Positions 13,813 to 47,099 of a stretch of DNA of 64,000 bases are shown in pieces. Each line of letters starts with the position of its first letter. Position 1 is the stretch's first letter. The notes beneath the pieces were generated by a model, which was not told the DNA's origin, searched no databases, and was given only the letters and a program-made list of their open reading frames with translations. This DNA is from Callorhinchus milii (Eukaryota). Location of the stretch: the NCBI RefSeq assembly GCF_018977255.1, contig NW_024704795.1, positions 248,001 through 312,000 of the forward strand, in the 5' to 3' direction. Made by a program: the position numbers and the translations under genes.

Positions 13813-14149
13813 GAGCGGGTCAGGGCTTAGATGTGGGGAAGTGATATAAACCATGTCACTTAGGAGCCAGTTCAGCCTCGAGGTGACCCTGTACCTTCTT
13901 GTCTCATTGGTGTGAGCGTAATATGACAGTAATTGTAACACAGGGCAGTCAGTTTGTGTTGGTGCCAACTCGGGGATGTACTGCACAGGTGGAGATGAGA
14001 CTTTAATCCTTCTCCATAGTGCTGCGGCTGCTCCCCCACTGAGCTCTGTACTCCAACCCATTCCCTGCTCTCTCTCTCTCTCTCTCTAAAGCCTTTCCCA
14101 TTAGTCTACAAGTTTCTATCCAATCCCACTTGAAGGCAGTGACAGGGGC

Positions 14150-15050
14150 TGTCAGTGGAGGCGGCAGCAGTCTGTCTGTCTGTCTGTCTGTGTGAGATCT
14201 CCCCCCCCCCCCCCCCCCCCGGACTGCGGCTCAGACACGAGGAGCGGAGGCGGCGGAGAGGAGCGGAGCCGCAGTCTGTGATCCAGACACCGAGTTAAGC
14301 TCTTTATACATTTCTACTGTATGGCGTCGTGATTGGAGGCACAATCTGTGTCTGTGTCCCTCNNNNNNNNNNNNNNNNNNNNNNNNNNNNNNNNNNNNNN
14401 NNNNNNNNNNNNNNNNNNNNNNNNNNNNNNNNNNNNNNNNNNNNNNNNNNNNNNNNNNNNNNNNNNNNNNNNNNNNNNNNNNNNNNNNNNNNNNNNNNNN
14501 NNNNNNNNNNNNNNNNNNNNNNNNNNNNNNNNNNNNNNNNNNNNNNNNNNNNNNNNNNNNNNNNNNNNNNNNNNNNNNNNNNNNNNNNNNNNNNNNNNNN
14601 NNNNNNNNNNNNNNNNNNNNNNNNNNNNNNNNNNNNNNNNNNNNNNNNNNNNNNNNNNNNNNNNNNNNNNNNNNNNNNNNNNNNNNNNNNNNNNNNNNNN
14701 NNNNTTGGTCTCTCGCACTGAGTGCCTCTCAGTGTATCGGGTACCTGATGCCGAGGGTCGTATTGAAAGCTCCGCATCTCCCGTAGGTGGTCCGCTCTGT
14801 GGTTCGGGCTGTGGAGCCCCCTCCCCTCCCCCCCCACAGGCTGTGACAGCGGGGCCGGGGAGTCGGGAGGCGGGGAGGCGGGTCTGGGCTGCAGTTAAAA
14901 GCAGAGCCTCTGGACCCGGTACAGGAGGCCACACCGTCACTGTGACAGTCCGGTCCGGGGATCTCACACTGACAGCCGAGCGCCTCCATCTCACAAACCT
15001 CCTGATGTGTGTGCGCGAAGGTCAGCCATAGACAGACTGACAGACAGACA

Positions 15051-15081
<31 letters not shown>

Positions 15082-15105
15082 TGATAGACAGACCGACCGA
15101 CCGAC

Positions 15106-15137
<32 letters not shown>

Positions 15138-15510
15138 TGATAGACAGACCGACTGACTGACATGGAGCTGCACACACAACAGAGAGTAACACAGCACAAA
15201 TATACCGAGAACTGACGCGAGAACATGGTTTGAGGGTAAAGCTGATCGTTGGGGCTGAAGGGCTTTGCTGTTTCAGACACAGTGTTTAGTCCTTTGGTTC
15301 CTCTGATGATCAGAGAGAGAGGGAGAGGCGGAGGTTAACGCGCAGTGATGGAGCGGATTTCACAAAGAACATCAACGCGGAGACCCCAAACCCCGGGACG
15401 GAGACCCCAATCCGTAAGGGGCGCGGCGGCGGCGGCGGCGGCTGTTGTTGTTGTTGTTGTTGAGCCATGAAGATGGCCGCTGTGCGGGGGTCCGCCACAC
15501 ACCGGGAGGT
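14150..15510. promoter_or_regulatory. CpG-rich region, probable divergent promoter and first exons of TMEM63C (-) and ZDHHC22 (+); assembly gap at 14363-14704
   Basis: Locally high CpG density, (GGC)n and (TGT)n runs, YY1-like AAGATGGCCGC near 15470, candidate + donor GAG|GTTGCG after 15508 and candidate - donor near 14744. It lies between the 5' ends of the two genes. Confidence 0.55.
15028..15160. repeat. (GACA/GACT/GATA)n tetranucleotide microsatellite
   Basis: Directly visible. Confidence 0.95.
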
Positions 15511-16867
15511 TGCGGTTTAAGGCTAATGTTGATGGGGTAAAGCAGAGGGTTGTGTGACAGGCGGTGGGGGGTGGGGGGGGAGAAGCTATTGGGGGGCAGA
15601 CAGACCCCGTGAAACTAAGGGGGGAGAGAGGGGGAGAAATTGAGAGATATTCTTTGTTTGATTTCCAAATCATAAATAGACAAATATTGTCCAGAGAGAG
15701 AGAGAGAGAGTGCGAGAGAGAGGCTGTGTATTATATTGTCTATTTATGATGTGTTAGTGCCTCCCACATTGGTTGGTAATACCACACTGGGGAGTAGCAA
15801 AATAACGGTGAATGACTGAGCAAATCTGAATAGATGAGGGAATTGGGCTGAGAAGTGACCCACCGCTCAGTTTGGACAAACACAGAGTGATGAGACAGAG
15901 GAACAAAAAATAGTGGGAATAAAAACTTTGTTTTCAGGAGAGGTTTGGTGCAACTGATCCATGTTTACCTGATAGTGCCAATCAATTGGCTGCCGTGTTT
16001 CACCCACAAATATACACTCAATTCACCTTACAATATATTCTGTGAAGCGCCTTGAGACGTCTCGAAGACGTGATAAGGCGCTATATTAAATGCAAGGATT
16101 GTTATTACTATCCGCAATAAGCAACAATTTAGTATTTAATCATCGCCTTTCACATTGGGAGGACATCTCAAAGTCTCACAGAGTCAACTGGGAACAGCTG
16201 AAAGCTCGCTGCTGGTGATGGAACAGGTTTTCTGAAGGAAATGAAGCAGCTGTGTTTACTGAATGGTGGGAGCAGGTGGGGTAACAGCAGAGGGAGAGAG
16301 GGAGAAACCATGGGGGGACTGCAATGTGAGGACGAGAATGTTGGTTTTGATCTACTGGGAAACGGGGGGCGGGGGGTCAGAGGCTCACAGAGTTTGATGC
16401 AGCACAAGACACAGACTGCCTCATTCTGAATGTTGCCAACCTATGGAGGGAGAAGCTGGACATGATAATGTTGTGAATTTGGTCTTGGCTGCCTGAGGAT
16501 GGGGAGGAAACGTGAAGCTCAGTATAAGGCTTGGGGAGTGAACTGGACTCTGAGGTTTAGCATTGTCTGTGAGATGAAGTATGAATCCATCCAGATCAAT
16601 GCTATCAGTGCCTGAAATGAGAAGGGTTTAACAGAACAGCAATGCAACTAGGTATCTGAGCTCTGAGGAAACACTGGGAATGTTGGTTTCTGGAGAAGAG
16701 ATTAAGGCGAGTATTGTTACTTAAATATTCAAGATCATATAGATAACCCTAATATGTTTAATGCAGTCACTGACTCTATAGCCAGGGAGCAGAGTCGAAC
16801 TCAGAAGAGGGAAGGTGAACAGATAGTTCAAATGTAATTATTTGTAATTACTTGTAATTACTTACTA

Positions 16868-17120
16868 ATAATAATAAATAATAATAATCCTTTCATTTGA
16901 TATAGCACTTTTCACGTCTTCTTGACATCTCAAAGCGCTTCACAGAACACACTGCAAAGTGAATTGACTGTATATTTGTGGGCGAACGCGGCAGCCAATT
17001 GCGCACAGCAATGTCCCACTAACAGTCGTGGATTGAAAATGACCAATTTATTATTGTTTTATTTTGGAGGGATTATTATTAGTCGTGCGGAGTAAGGAAA
17101 CTTGCCCAAGGTTTCGCCCT
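16868..17120 (-). mobile_element. SINE, 5'-truncated
   Basis: Tail and core match the family. Confidence 0.85.
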
Positions 17121-17244
17121 AAGGGTGTGGAATAGACTAACCAGAGCTGCAGACTATGTCAACAACTTCTCAGAGGGAATTAGATATTTGGTAAAGAAAT
17201 GGATTGAGGGATATGAGAAGTGCAATGTGAGAAGTGAATTGTTG

Positions 17245-17601
17245 AGTTGGTCAGTGGTTAGAGCACTCGCCTCGCATGCTAGAGGACCTGGGTTCGATTT
17301 CCAGGCAGGGCGAAACATTGGGCAAGTTTTCTTACTCCACATGCTCTGTTTACTTAGCAGTAAGTAGGAACCTGGTTGTTAGTCGATTAGCGGATCGCTT
17401 TTCTGGGGATAATAATCTCTTAAAAAATAATAATTGGGTCACTCAATCCACGACTATTTGTGGGACACTATTGTGTGCAATTGGCTGCCACGTTTCACTC
17501 TCAAAATTAATTCACTTTGCAGTATATTCTGTGAAGCGCTTTGAGAAATCTCAAACACGTGATAAGGCGCTGTATCAAATGCAAGGATTATTATTATTAT
17601 T
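17245..17601 (+). mobile_element. SINE, older long-body subfamily
   Basis: TCAGTGGTTAGAGCACTCGCC...GGTTCGATTTCC head, Deu core, TATTAT tail. Confidence 0.85.
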
Positions 17602-17942
17602 AACAGGTCATAATAATGGGAGATTAAATTTAGCCAAAGCATGGATACAGAACTCTCTGGGAGACAGAAAGCAGAGAGTGGTGGTGAACGGTTTTTTTTC
17701 TGACTGGAGGGAAGTGTGCAGTGGTGTCCCACAGGGATCAGTATTGGGACCACTTAATCTATATAAATGACCTGGACTTGGGTACAGGGAGGACAATTTC
17801 CAGGTTTGGAGATGATACTAAGCGAGGAAAGTAGTAAACATGAGGAGGATAGCAGCAGACTGCAAGACGACATAGAGAGATTGAGAAAATGGACCGACAC
17901 GTGGCAGATGATGTTTAATGTGGAGAAATGTGAAGTAATATA

Positions 17943-18265
17943 TAATAATAATAATAATCCTTGCATTTGATATAGCGCTTTTCACGTCGGGAGGACGTCC
18001 CAAAGCGCTTCACAGAACACACTGTAAAGTGAATTGACTGTATATTTGTGGGCGAACGCGGCAGCCAATTGCGCACAGCAATGTCCCACAAACAGTCGTA
18101 GATTGAAAATGACCAATTTAATTATTGTTTTTTTTTTTTTGGAGGGATTATTATTAGGCGTGTGGAGTAAGGAAACTTGCCCAAGGTTTCGCCCTCTGCC
18201 TGGAATTGAACTCAGGTCTCTCACTTGCAAAGCGAGTGCTCTAACCACTGAGCTACAGGACTCCA
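17943..18265 (-). mobile_element. SINE, full length, nested in CR1
   Basis: Family consensus from the tail to GGACTCC; GAAGT duplicated on both flanks. Confidence 0.9.
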
Positions 18266-18681
18266 CAGAAGTGATGAATTTTGGGAGGAAGAATGAGAGG
18301 CAATATAAGCTGATGGTACAATCTTAAAGGGGGTGAAGGAACAGAGAGACCTGGGGGTTCATATAGTAAATCTTTGAAGGTGGCCGGACAGGTAGATACA
18401 GCTGTTAAAAAAGCATCCGGGATACACGGCTTTATAAATAGGGGCATAGAATACAACAGTCAGGAAGTTATGATGAACCTTTATATAAACCACTGGTTAC
18501 GCCTCAGTTAGAGACTGTGTTCAGTTCTGGGCCCCACACCTTAGGAAGGATGTCAAGGCATTGGAGAGGGTGCAAAGGAGATTGACCAGAATGGTACCAG
18601 GAATGAGGGACTTCAGTTATCAGGAGAGGCTCGAGAAGCTCGGATTATTCTCCTTGGAACAGAGAAGGTTAAGAGGAGATT

Positions 18682-18878
18682 TAATAATAATAATAATAAT
18701 CCTTGCATTTTATATAGCGCTTTTCACGTCTTCTAGATGTCCCAAAGCGCTTCACAGAATATACTGTAAAGTGTATTGACTGTATATTTGTGAGCGAACG
18801 TGGCAGCCAATTGCGCACAGCAGTGTCCCACAAACAGTCATGGATTGAAAATGACCAATTTATTATTGTTTTTTTTTA
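18682..18878 (-). mobile_element. SINE, 5'-truncated, nested in CR1
   Basis: Tail and core present; CR1 resumes after TTAATAGAG. Confidence 0.85.
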
Positions 18879-19217
18879 ATAGAGTTTTCAGAATTTGGAG
18901 CAGATTCGATAGAGTGAAGAAGGAGAAACTATTCCCACTGATGGGTGGGTCAGTAACCCGAGGACGCCGAGTTAAAATAGTTGTTAAAAATAACAGGGGA
19001 GGTGAGGAGAAATGTTTTCATGCAGTGAGTTGTTGGGCATTGCCTGAAAGGCTGGTGGAATATGATTCCATAACAACTTTTAAGAGAGTAGATAATTATT
19101 GGGGAAAACAAGTTTGCAGGACTATGGGGAGAGAGTGGGGGGTGGGATTGATTTGGAAGCTCTTTTCAAAAAGCCGGCTTTTCAAAAAAGGCCAAATGGC
19201 CTCCTTCTGTGCTGTAT

Positions 19218-19860
19218 TTGCCCGGCTCCGCCATTGTCTCACACCGCAGGCCGTCAAAACCCTCATACATGCTTTCAATTCCATCGAGGCTTGACTATGC
19301 AAGCTCATTGCTTATCGGCCTCCCCAACTCTCCCTCCGCAGGCTGCAGATCATCCAGAACTCTGCAGCCCTTGTCCTCTCCTGCACCAGGCTCCGTGACC
19401 CTATCACCCCCATCCTTGCCCGACTCCACTGGCTTCCCATCACACAGAGGATACAGTTCAAGATCCTGGTCCTCACTTTCAAAGCCCTCCGTGGTCTTGC
19501 TCCCCCTACCTCTCCGATCTCCTAACCCCCTACCATCTTGCTCGCTCCCTCCACAGCGGGCTCCGGCCTGCTTCAAGTCTCCGCCTCACTCACCCTACTA
19601 TTGGCGGGCAGGCCTTCTGCCACTCTGCCCCCGCCATTTGGAACTCCATCCTGCAGTCCCTCTGCCTCACCCCCTCCTTTGCCCTTCAAGGCTAATCTTA
19701 AGACCCTCCTCTTCAACCGTGCTTTCGATCTCCCTGCTTCTCCACCTGCCCTACACCCTCCCCGACCCCCAGCTCAGGTCTGTAACCTTGTCTGTCCAGC
19801 GCCTTGGGACGTCCTCCCGACATGAAAGGCGCTTTACATATGTCATTTTGTTGTTGTTGT
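19218..19860 (+). mobile_element. L2-type LINE 3' fragment
   Basis: ARLRHCLTPQAVKTLIHAF, SRLDYASSLLIGLP; tail GCGCCTTGGGACGTCCTCCCGACATGAAAGGCGC followed by (TTG)n. Confidence 0.85.
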
Positions 19861-20050
19861 ATGATTCTATGAAAGATGCACTGAGATACAGAGCTACCTC
19901 CATATCCTGCGGTGGATCCAGGCTAGACACAGAGCTGGGGACGTGCCCCACCCTGGGGTCCATGATCCAGACTGAAGGCTTTAGCTGCAATGTGCTCTGA
20001 TGATTGGCATTTGCTTGTTGCAGGCGGCCTGACTGACTGACTGACTGAAG

Positions 20051-20851
20051 ATGCTGAGACTGAGGATCCTGAATGCTGTCGCTCCCTCCTATTTCCTGGG
20101 TGTCTCTGGTACCACCATGGTGCTGCAGCTTTCCCTCTTCATTCCCACCCTGTTTGAAGCTCCTGCCTCTCAGGTGCTCTGCTCCCGCGCCGCTCACATC
20201 TGTTTCTTCCTCTACATATCTGCCAATGTGCTGGGAAACTACTTCCTGATCCTGTGGTTCCCTTCTGAGTGTTTGCAGAGCAGTATCCGGGGCTGCCCTG
20301 AAGGAGGGGAGAGACAGCCTGGCAGCCACTTCTGTAAACTCTGCAGTAAGCTCATACTGCGGCGGGATCACCACTGCTTCTTCACCGCCAACTGCATCGG
20401 CGACAGGAACATGCGCTACTTCCTGATGTTCGGGCTGTACACCTCGCTGGTCTGCCTGTACTCCCTGGTGCTGGGTGTGGCTTACCTGAGTGTCGAATAC
20501 CAGCTCTCCTTCCACAACCCGCTCACCTTCCTCACTCTCCTTCCTCTCTCCTTCGTCTACTTCTTCTTTGGCACCATCCCCTCCTTCCAGCTCTTCCTGG
20601 TCCTGATGCTCTATATCTGGTTAGGGATCGGATTGACCTGCACCGGGTTCTGCTGCCAGCAGCTGTTGTTGGTCGCTCGGGGGCACACCTGGTATCAAGT
20701 GAGGAAAGGTCTTGTGGTGCGCCGCACACCCTGGGGTGCCAACCTGCATGACGTGTTCGGCAGCCACTGGCTCCTCGGCCTCTTCCTCCCTGTGCCCACC
20801 GTGGTGCAGGAGCTCACGCCCCCCAGCACGGAGAAAGGTAAAGGCAGCTGA
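20051..20851 (+). CDS. ZDHHC22: Palmitoyltransferase ZDHHC22 (266 aa, coding sequence in one exon)
   Basis: DHHC cysteine-rich domain FCKLCSKLILRRDHHCFFTANCIGDRNMRYF, hydrophobic transmembrane segments, N-terminus MLRLRILNAVAPSYF and C-terminal PWGANLHDVFGSHWLLGL typical of ZDHHC22. Acceptor TTGCAG ends at 20023. Adjacent to TMEM63C, as in human. Confidence 0.95.
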   Translation: MLRLRILNAVAPSYFLGVSGTTMVLQLSLFIPTLFEAPASQVLCSRAAHICFFLYISANVLGNYFLILWFPSECLQSSIRGCPEGGERQPGSHFCKLCSKLILRRDHHCFFTANCIGDRNMRYFLMFGLYTSLVCLYSLVLGVAYLSVEYQLSFHNPLTFLTLLPLSFVYFFFGTIPSFQLFLVLMLYIWLGIGLTCTGFCCQQLLLVARGHTWYQVRKGLVVRRTPWGANLHDVFGSHWLLGLFLPVPTVVQELTPPSTEKGKGS

Positions 20852-23239
20852 CGTGGGGAGCTGTGTGTACAGCTGGAGGGTGCAGATAGCCTGGGCCTGG
20901 CCTGGGACAGCGAGCGCTTGTCATACTCGCGATGCCAGAAGAAATGTTTTCACAGAAAATTGTTAATTGTGAAATGCTTTACCACAAATGACTATTGTAA
21001 CCAATGGCGAATTGGATAAATTCTAAAATCAAAGGGTTCGGAGAAAGAGTAGGGGAATAGGATTTAGATCAGAGCTACAGTTAGCACCACAGAAATGTAC
21101 AACACATAAGAAGGCCATTGTGTCTGTGCTACTCTTTGAGAGAAAATCCATTCAGTCCCATTTACCTGCCTCCTCCCCACCATATCCCTACAATTTACTG
21201 CTGTTTAGATATCTATCTTGTTCCTTCTTGAAAGCTGACATGGATCCTCGACCATCGCCCACGTAAGGGCATTCCACATCCTAACAACCCTCGGTGTGAA
21301 AAACATTCCTCAGAATCTTCCTCCTTTGCTAATATCTTAAAATGACGCCCTCTAGTCTGATCTTTTGACCGGTGGAAATAATTTATACCTATTGACAATA
21401 AAAACACAAATCATTTAAAAAATCTCTCGTCAACCAGTACAGACACAAAAGAGCAGGGAATGAAATTCCAATAGCGGAGTGAGTCCTTCAGATAGGATAA
21501 CACCTCAGAGTGCTTTACAAAGACAGGATGGGATGGCAAGCATGGGGGAGCGTAGGATGGTGGAGGAGTTGACCATAGTTGCCGTTAAGGTAGGATTTTA
21601 GACAGGATTTAAAGTAATGGAGAGGGAACTAGACTGATGGGGAGAGGGAGTCCTGGAGGTTAGGGGTACAGAATCTGAATGCTTGGCTGATGAAGACGTG
21701 AGGGGGTGGGAGACACGCAGCAATGGAGGGGTCGAGCATAATAGTGGGGTTATTGAAGATCAGAGATGCGAAGATTTGCATAAGGCTGAGTACACCAGTA
21801 CAGCTATGATGGGGAAAGAATAGGAGAATGAGATTAAAGTAGGCAGCTCCAATTGGGTGGCAAGACAAGAACCACCATCAACACGATGGAGAAAGAGCAG
21901 GAAAATGGGATTAGAGAGTTCCAATGGGGAGCAAGCACCAGTACAGTACTGGGGAAACAGTAGGGAAATGGGATTTGAGTAGAGAGCTCCATTGGTGAAG
22001 CAAGCACCAGTACAGACATGATGGCTGAATGGTATCCACTTATGCTGTAATCATTTTGATTCTATTTGATAAATTTAAGATTTCCATTACTCATTTTTTT
22101 TAAACATATGATCATTTTTTTCCTCCATGCATCACTCTAGATTTCTCTATACTAAAATCCAGTCACCAATACTCCACACACACATCCTCCAGTACCATTC
22201 CTAGCCAGTCTCCCTGTGTTGCTTTTAAGAAGTTAATGGAACATCAACTGATTTTGTTAGCTGTAGTGTTGCTGTAGGATTCTGAAGGTTAAACCTGTGT
22301 CTCTCATTCTGCTCTCACCATCTTCATTAAAACAGCTTTTTCATGGGCAGCATCATTTTTACAACTCAACATTTCTAAGATCTGGATCATGTTCTCTTCT
22401 ATATTTGTCGTAATGAGAACAAGTGCAGTTCTGTGATCCTCTACCCAAAAGTTAAAGTCCAAGTTCCAGAATCAACTTTATTGTTCTTCTCCAAACACCT
22501 GAATATCCCTTTGAAGGTAAACGGCCCAAGACTTCTCCTAATATCCCATGCGTTGCTCCCGGGCAACTACACAAAATTAGAATAGTGTATGCCTTTCACT
22601 ATCTGGTTCAAAATTTTAAAATACAACCACAGCAACTTGTTTAACTCTTTCTGAGATACTCCCACAGGCAACACATGTCTCCAGTACTTTGGCCATTCTT
22701 CAAATGAGCTTCCTTCAACTTAAGTTATTTAACCATGGAGGATGAGCCCCAATCCTGTTTTCAAACATCTACACAGGAGCACTTTAGGAAGAGGGAACAC
22801 TACCTGATTTTCCCCCCTCCCCTCTTTAATCCAGGGGCCCTGACTGCTGCCCTCACTGAAACCAACACAGATGGAGAATCGAATTGTCATCCTGGTCCTT
22901 CAGTACTGCTGCAATGAGTAGTGTGTTTATTCTTCAGGGCCAGTGAGGAAGCAAAGATTTGTCACTCAAAGGGGCTGTTGGGTTGCCTGGTAAATATGTT
23001 TTATTGCCATTGCCATTCATATCAAGGCAGTTTTTGATTCCTTCTCCGGGCAGCTGATCACCATGTCCCAATATTATTGTGAAGCTTGCTGCTTTTTATA
23101 AAGCTCATTAATCAGCTCATGTTTAACTAGAAATCATCCAACTGGATCCAACTTTTGTATAAACTGCTGATAAGCCCAGTGCCACCGCAGCCTTAGAACT
23201 GAAATATATGCTTTCATTACATCGAGGTCTGACTTGCAA

Positions 23240-23800
23240 ACTCCTTGCTCGTCGGCCTCCCAATTGCTCCCACCATAGGCTGCAGATCATCCAGAATTCT
23301 GCAGCCCGCATCCTCTCCCGCACCAGGCTCCGTGACCCTATCACCCCCATCCTCACCCGACTCCACTGGCTTCCCATCACATAGAGGATACAATTCAAGA
23401 TCCTGGTCCTTCAAAGCCCTCCATGGTCCTGCTCCCCCCTACCTCTGAGACGTCCTAACCCCCTACCGTTCTGCTCCATCCCTCCGCTCAGTGGGCTCCA
23501 GCCGGCTTCATGTCCCCTGCCTCGCTCACCCCACTATTGGCGGGCGGGCCTTCCGACACTCTGCCCCCATCCTCTGGAACTCCATCCCGCAGTCCCTCCA
23601 CCTTGCCCCCTCGCCTCCTTCAAGATCCATCTCAAGACTCCCCCCTTTGACCATGCTTTCGATCTCCCTGCTTTCCCACCTGTGATCCACCCTCCCCGAT
23701 CCCAACCCCCAGCTTGGATCTGAAACTCTGCCTGTGCAGCACCTTGGGATGTCCTCCCGACGTGAATTACAAATGTAATTTTGTTATTGTTGTTGTTGTT
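23240..23800 (+). mobile_element. L2-type LINE 3' fragment, probably within the ZDHHC22 3' UTR
   Basis: Same sequence family as 19218-19860, ending in (TTG)n. Confidence 0.85.
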
Positions 23801-24049
23801 GAAATGCCACTCTCAGTGCCTGTTGTCTGCAGTGCTTTCATCAAACAGAACAAATAACTGGAGGCATCTGATACCAGTCTGTACACACCCATACCACAGC
23901 CTCACACCTGAGCCACAGCCTGTACACACTGGAACTATCTGACATGTATTGCTTGTATTTCTCAGTTTATTGAGTCAAAACTGTGATGGACATCTGTATA
24001 AGACTTTTCGAAAAGTGGTTTTGTAGCTACTTTGTGTTTTGTAACCAAT

Positions 24050-24055
24050 AATAAA
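24050..24055 (+). terminator. Candidate distal polyadenylation signal of ZDHHC22
   Basis: AATAAA followed by GT/T-rich downstream sequence. A more proximal AATAAA lies near 21397. Confidence 0.45.
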
Positions 24056-24800
24056 ATGTTAACTAAGAAGTAGTGTTCAGTTTCCTTACATTTTTTAAAT
24101 TCTGTGTGTCATCAACTTAGATTTATACAGATCCTTTCACAGAAAGAACCTTCTCAAAGCAAATGGTCAATGAAGGGTGGACGCAAAGCAAGAGATCAAA
24201 AACACTTTGCTCTTTATTCCTGGGCAGGGAGGTAGGCAGAGGCTCCTTGGAACTGAACTGGCTCCAAGGTGACGTATTTGGGGTCAGAATGTTAAGTCGA
24301 ACCACTCCTCTCTGGTAATCTCTTGTCCGTCTCCTGAGCCTTGAGGGTCCGCAGTAGTCCAGGACACTCACTGCTGATGGCAGCACAGCACAGGCCGTCA
24401 GGACAGGGAAGGGCCGACCTGTCACTGGCAACAGGGAATCCTCTCCTGTTGACCCGGCAGCCAATGCCAATGCCGGTAGGGTGGCCGAGCAGCGGGAAAG
24501 CTTGTCACACAGTGACAGCAATGATGTTTAAAATGTTTCTAACGTCAACGGAAAGGCAGAAAGACAAGTGATTTGGAGGAGAGTTTGTATGGGCTCTGGT
24601 GATGGGCCATCAACGGCAGAAAGGAAGAGAGTGAGAATAGAGCTCAGGGAGGAGGGCCTCGATGACTTTCATTCCCATAGCGGCGGGGAATATACAAACT
24701 AAACCCATCTCCATCACCCAGTCAGTCCTGATCTGGTCTGACTTTACCGACTGGTCTTCGTGCAAATAACTGCCCACTCTGCACACGGAAACTCTTCCCT

Positions 24801-25007
24801 CACCAACATGGCGCCCCCTCACTAACATGGCGCTCCTTCACTAACATGGCGCCCCCTCACCAACATGGCGCCCCCTCACTAACAAGGCGCCCCCTCACTA
24901 ACATGGCGCCCCCCCACCAACATGGCGCCCCCTCACTAACATGGCGCCCCCTCACCAACATGGCGCTCCTTCACTAACATGGCGCCCCCTCACCAACATG
25001 GCGCTCC
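24801..25007 (+). repeat. 11 x 19-bp tandem array (CACYAACATGGCGCCCCCT) at the EIF2B2 5' end; YY1-motif and ATG array
   Basis: Units start at 24801 + 19n. Ten of the 11 contain AACATGGCG. Confidence 0.9.
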
Positions 25008-25055
25008 AGTGTTTCCGGTGGGGACGGTGGTGTTACCGGTCTGTTTTGGGGCGCG

Positions 25056-30680
<5,625 letters not shown>

Positions 30681-30699
30681 CCTGTCATCGACCTGAAAC

Positions 30700-30705
30700 A
30701 ATAAA
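30700..30705 (+). terminator. Candidate proximal polyA signal of EIF2B2
   Basis: AATAAA 19 nt after the stop codon, with GT-rich sequence downstream. Confidence 0.55.
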
Positions 30706-31068
30706 CCCCCTGAAATCGCCACATTAGTGTCTCACTGTGTGGAGTTGCATGGTTTACTGTGCTTCCTGTGTGCCAGCCTAAGACAGGATAATTACCTTTG
30801 CACAATAGATATAGCAGGTCCCAAATATTTTAATAAATTAATATAAAATGTCGTGAATTGATGAAACAGAATTCGAAGCAATCGATTGGTGTACAAACAC
30901 AATCCATACCGCAGCTCAGCCTCCGCCAGTGAAGATGTTCAGGGCAGCACTGCCTCAGTCCAGCTCCTGTCGAGGGAAGGTTCCACTTCACACCATCTCA
31001 GTGCTCGCTCGCCCGCCCCAAGGGGACAGGATCCTAGCTGTAGGTTCCCTGCTCCCTGTGCCGCAGCC

Positions 31069-47083
<16,015 letters not shown>

Positions 47084-47099
47084 TACGTACTGCGCCACT

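Larger units (their letters stand above)
17602..19215 (+). mobile_element. CR1 LINE 3' part (RT remnants and tail), interrupted by two minus-strand SINEs
   Basis: [35 protein letters not shown]...[45 protein letters not shown]; 3' tail AATGGCCTCCTTCTGTGCTGTA. Confidence 0.9.

Noticed and set aside
14304-15031. ORFs spanning X runs
   Set aside because: Produced by the N gap at 14363-14704.
47084-47098. ORF-track start of MLH3 at 47098
   Set aside because: That codon is GTG. The first in-frame ATG is at 47083. The ORF's 3' tail (44024-44061) is intronic, beyond the donor.
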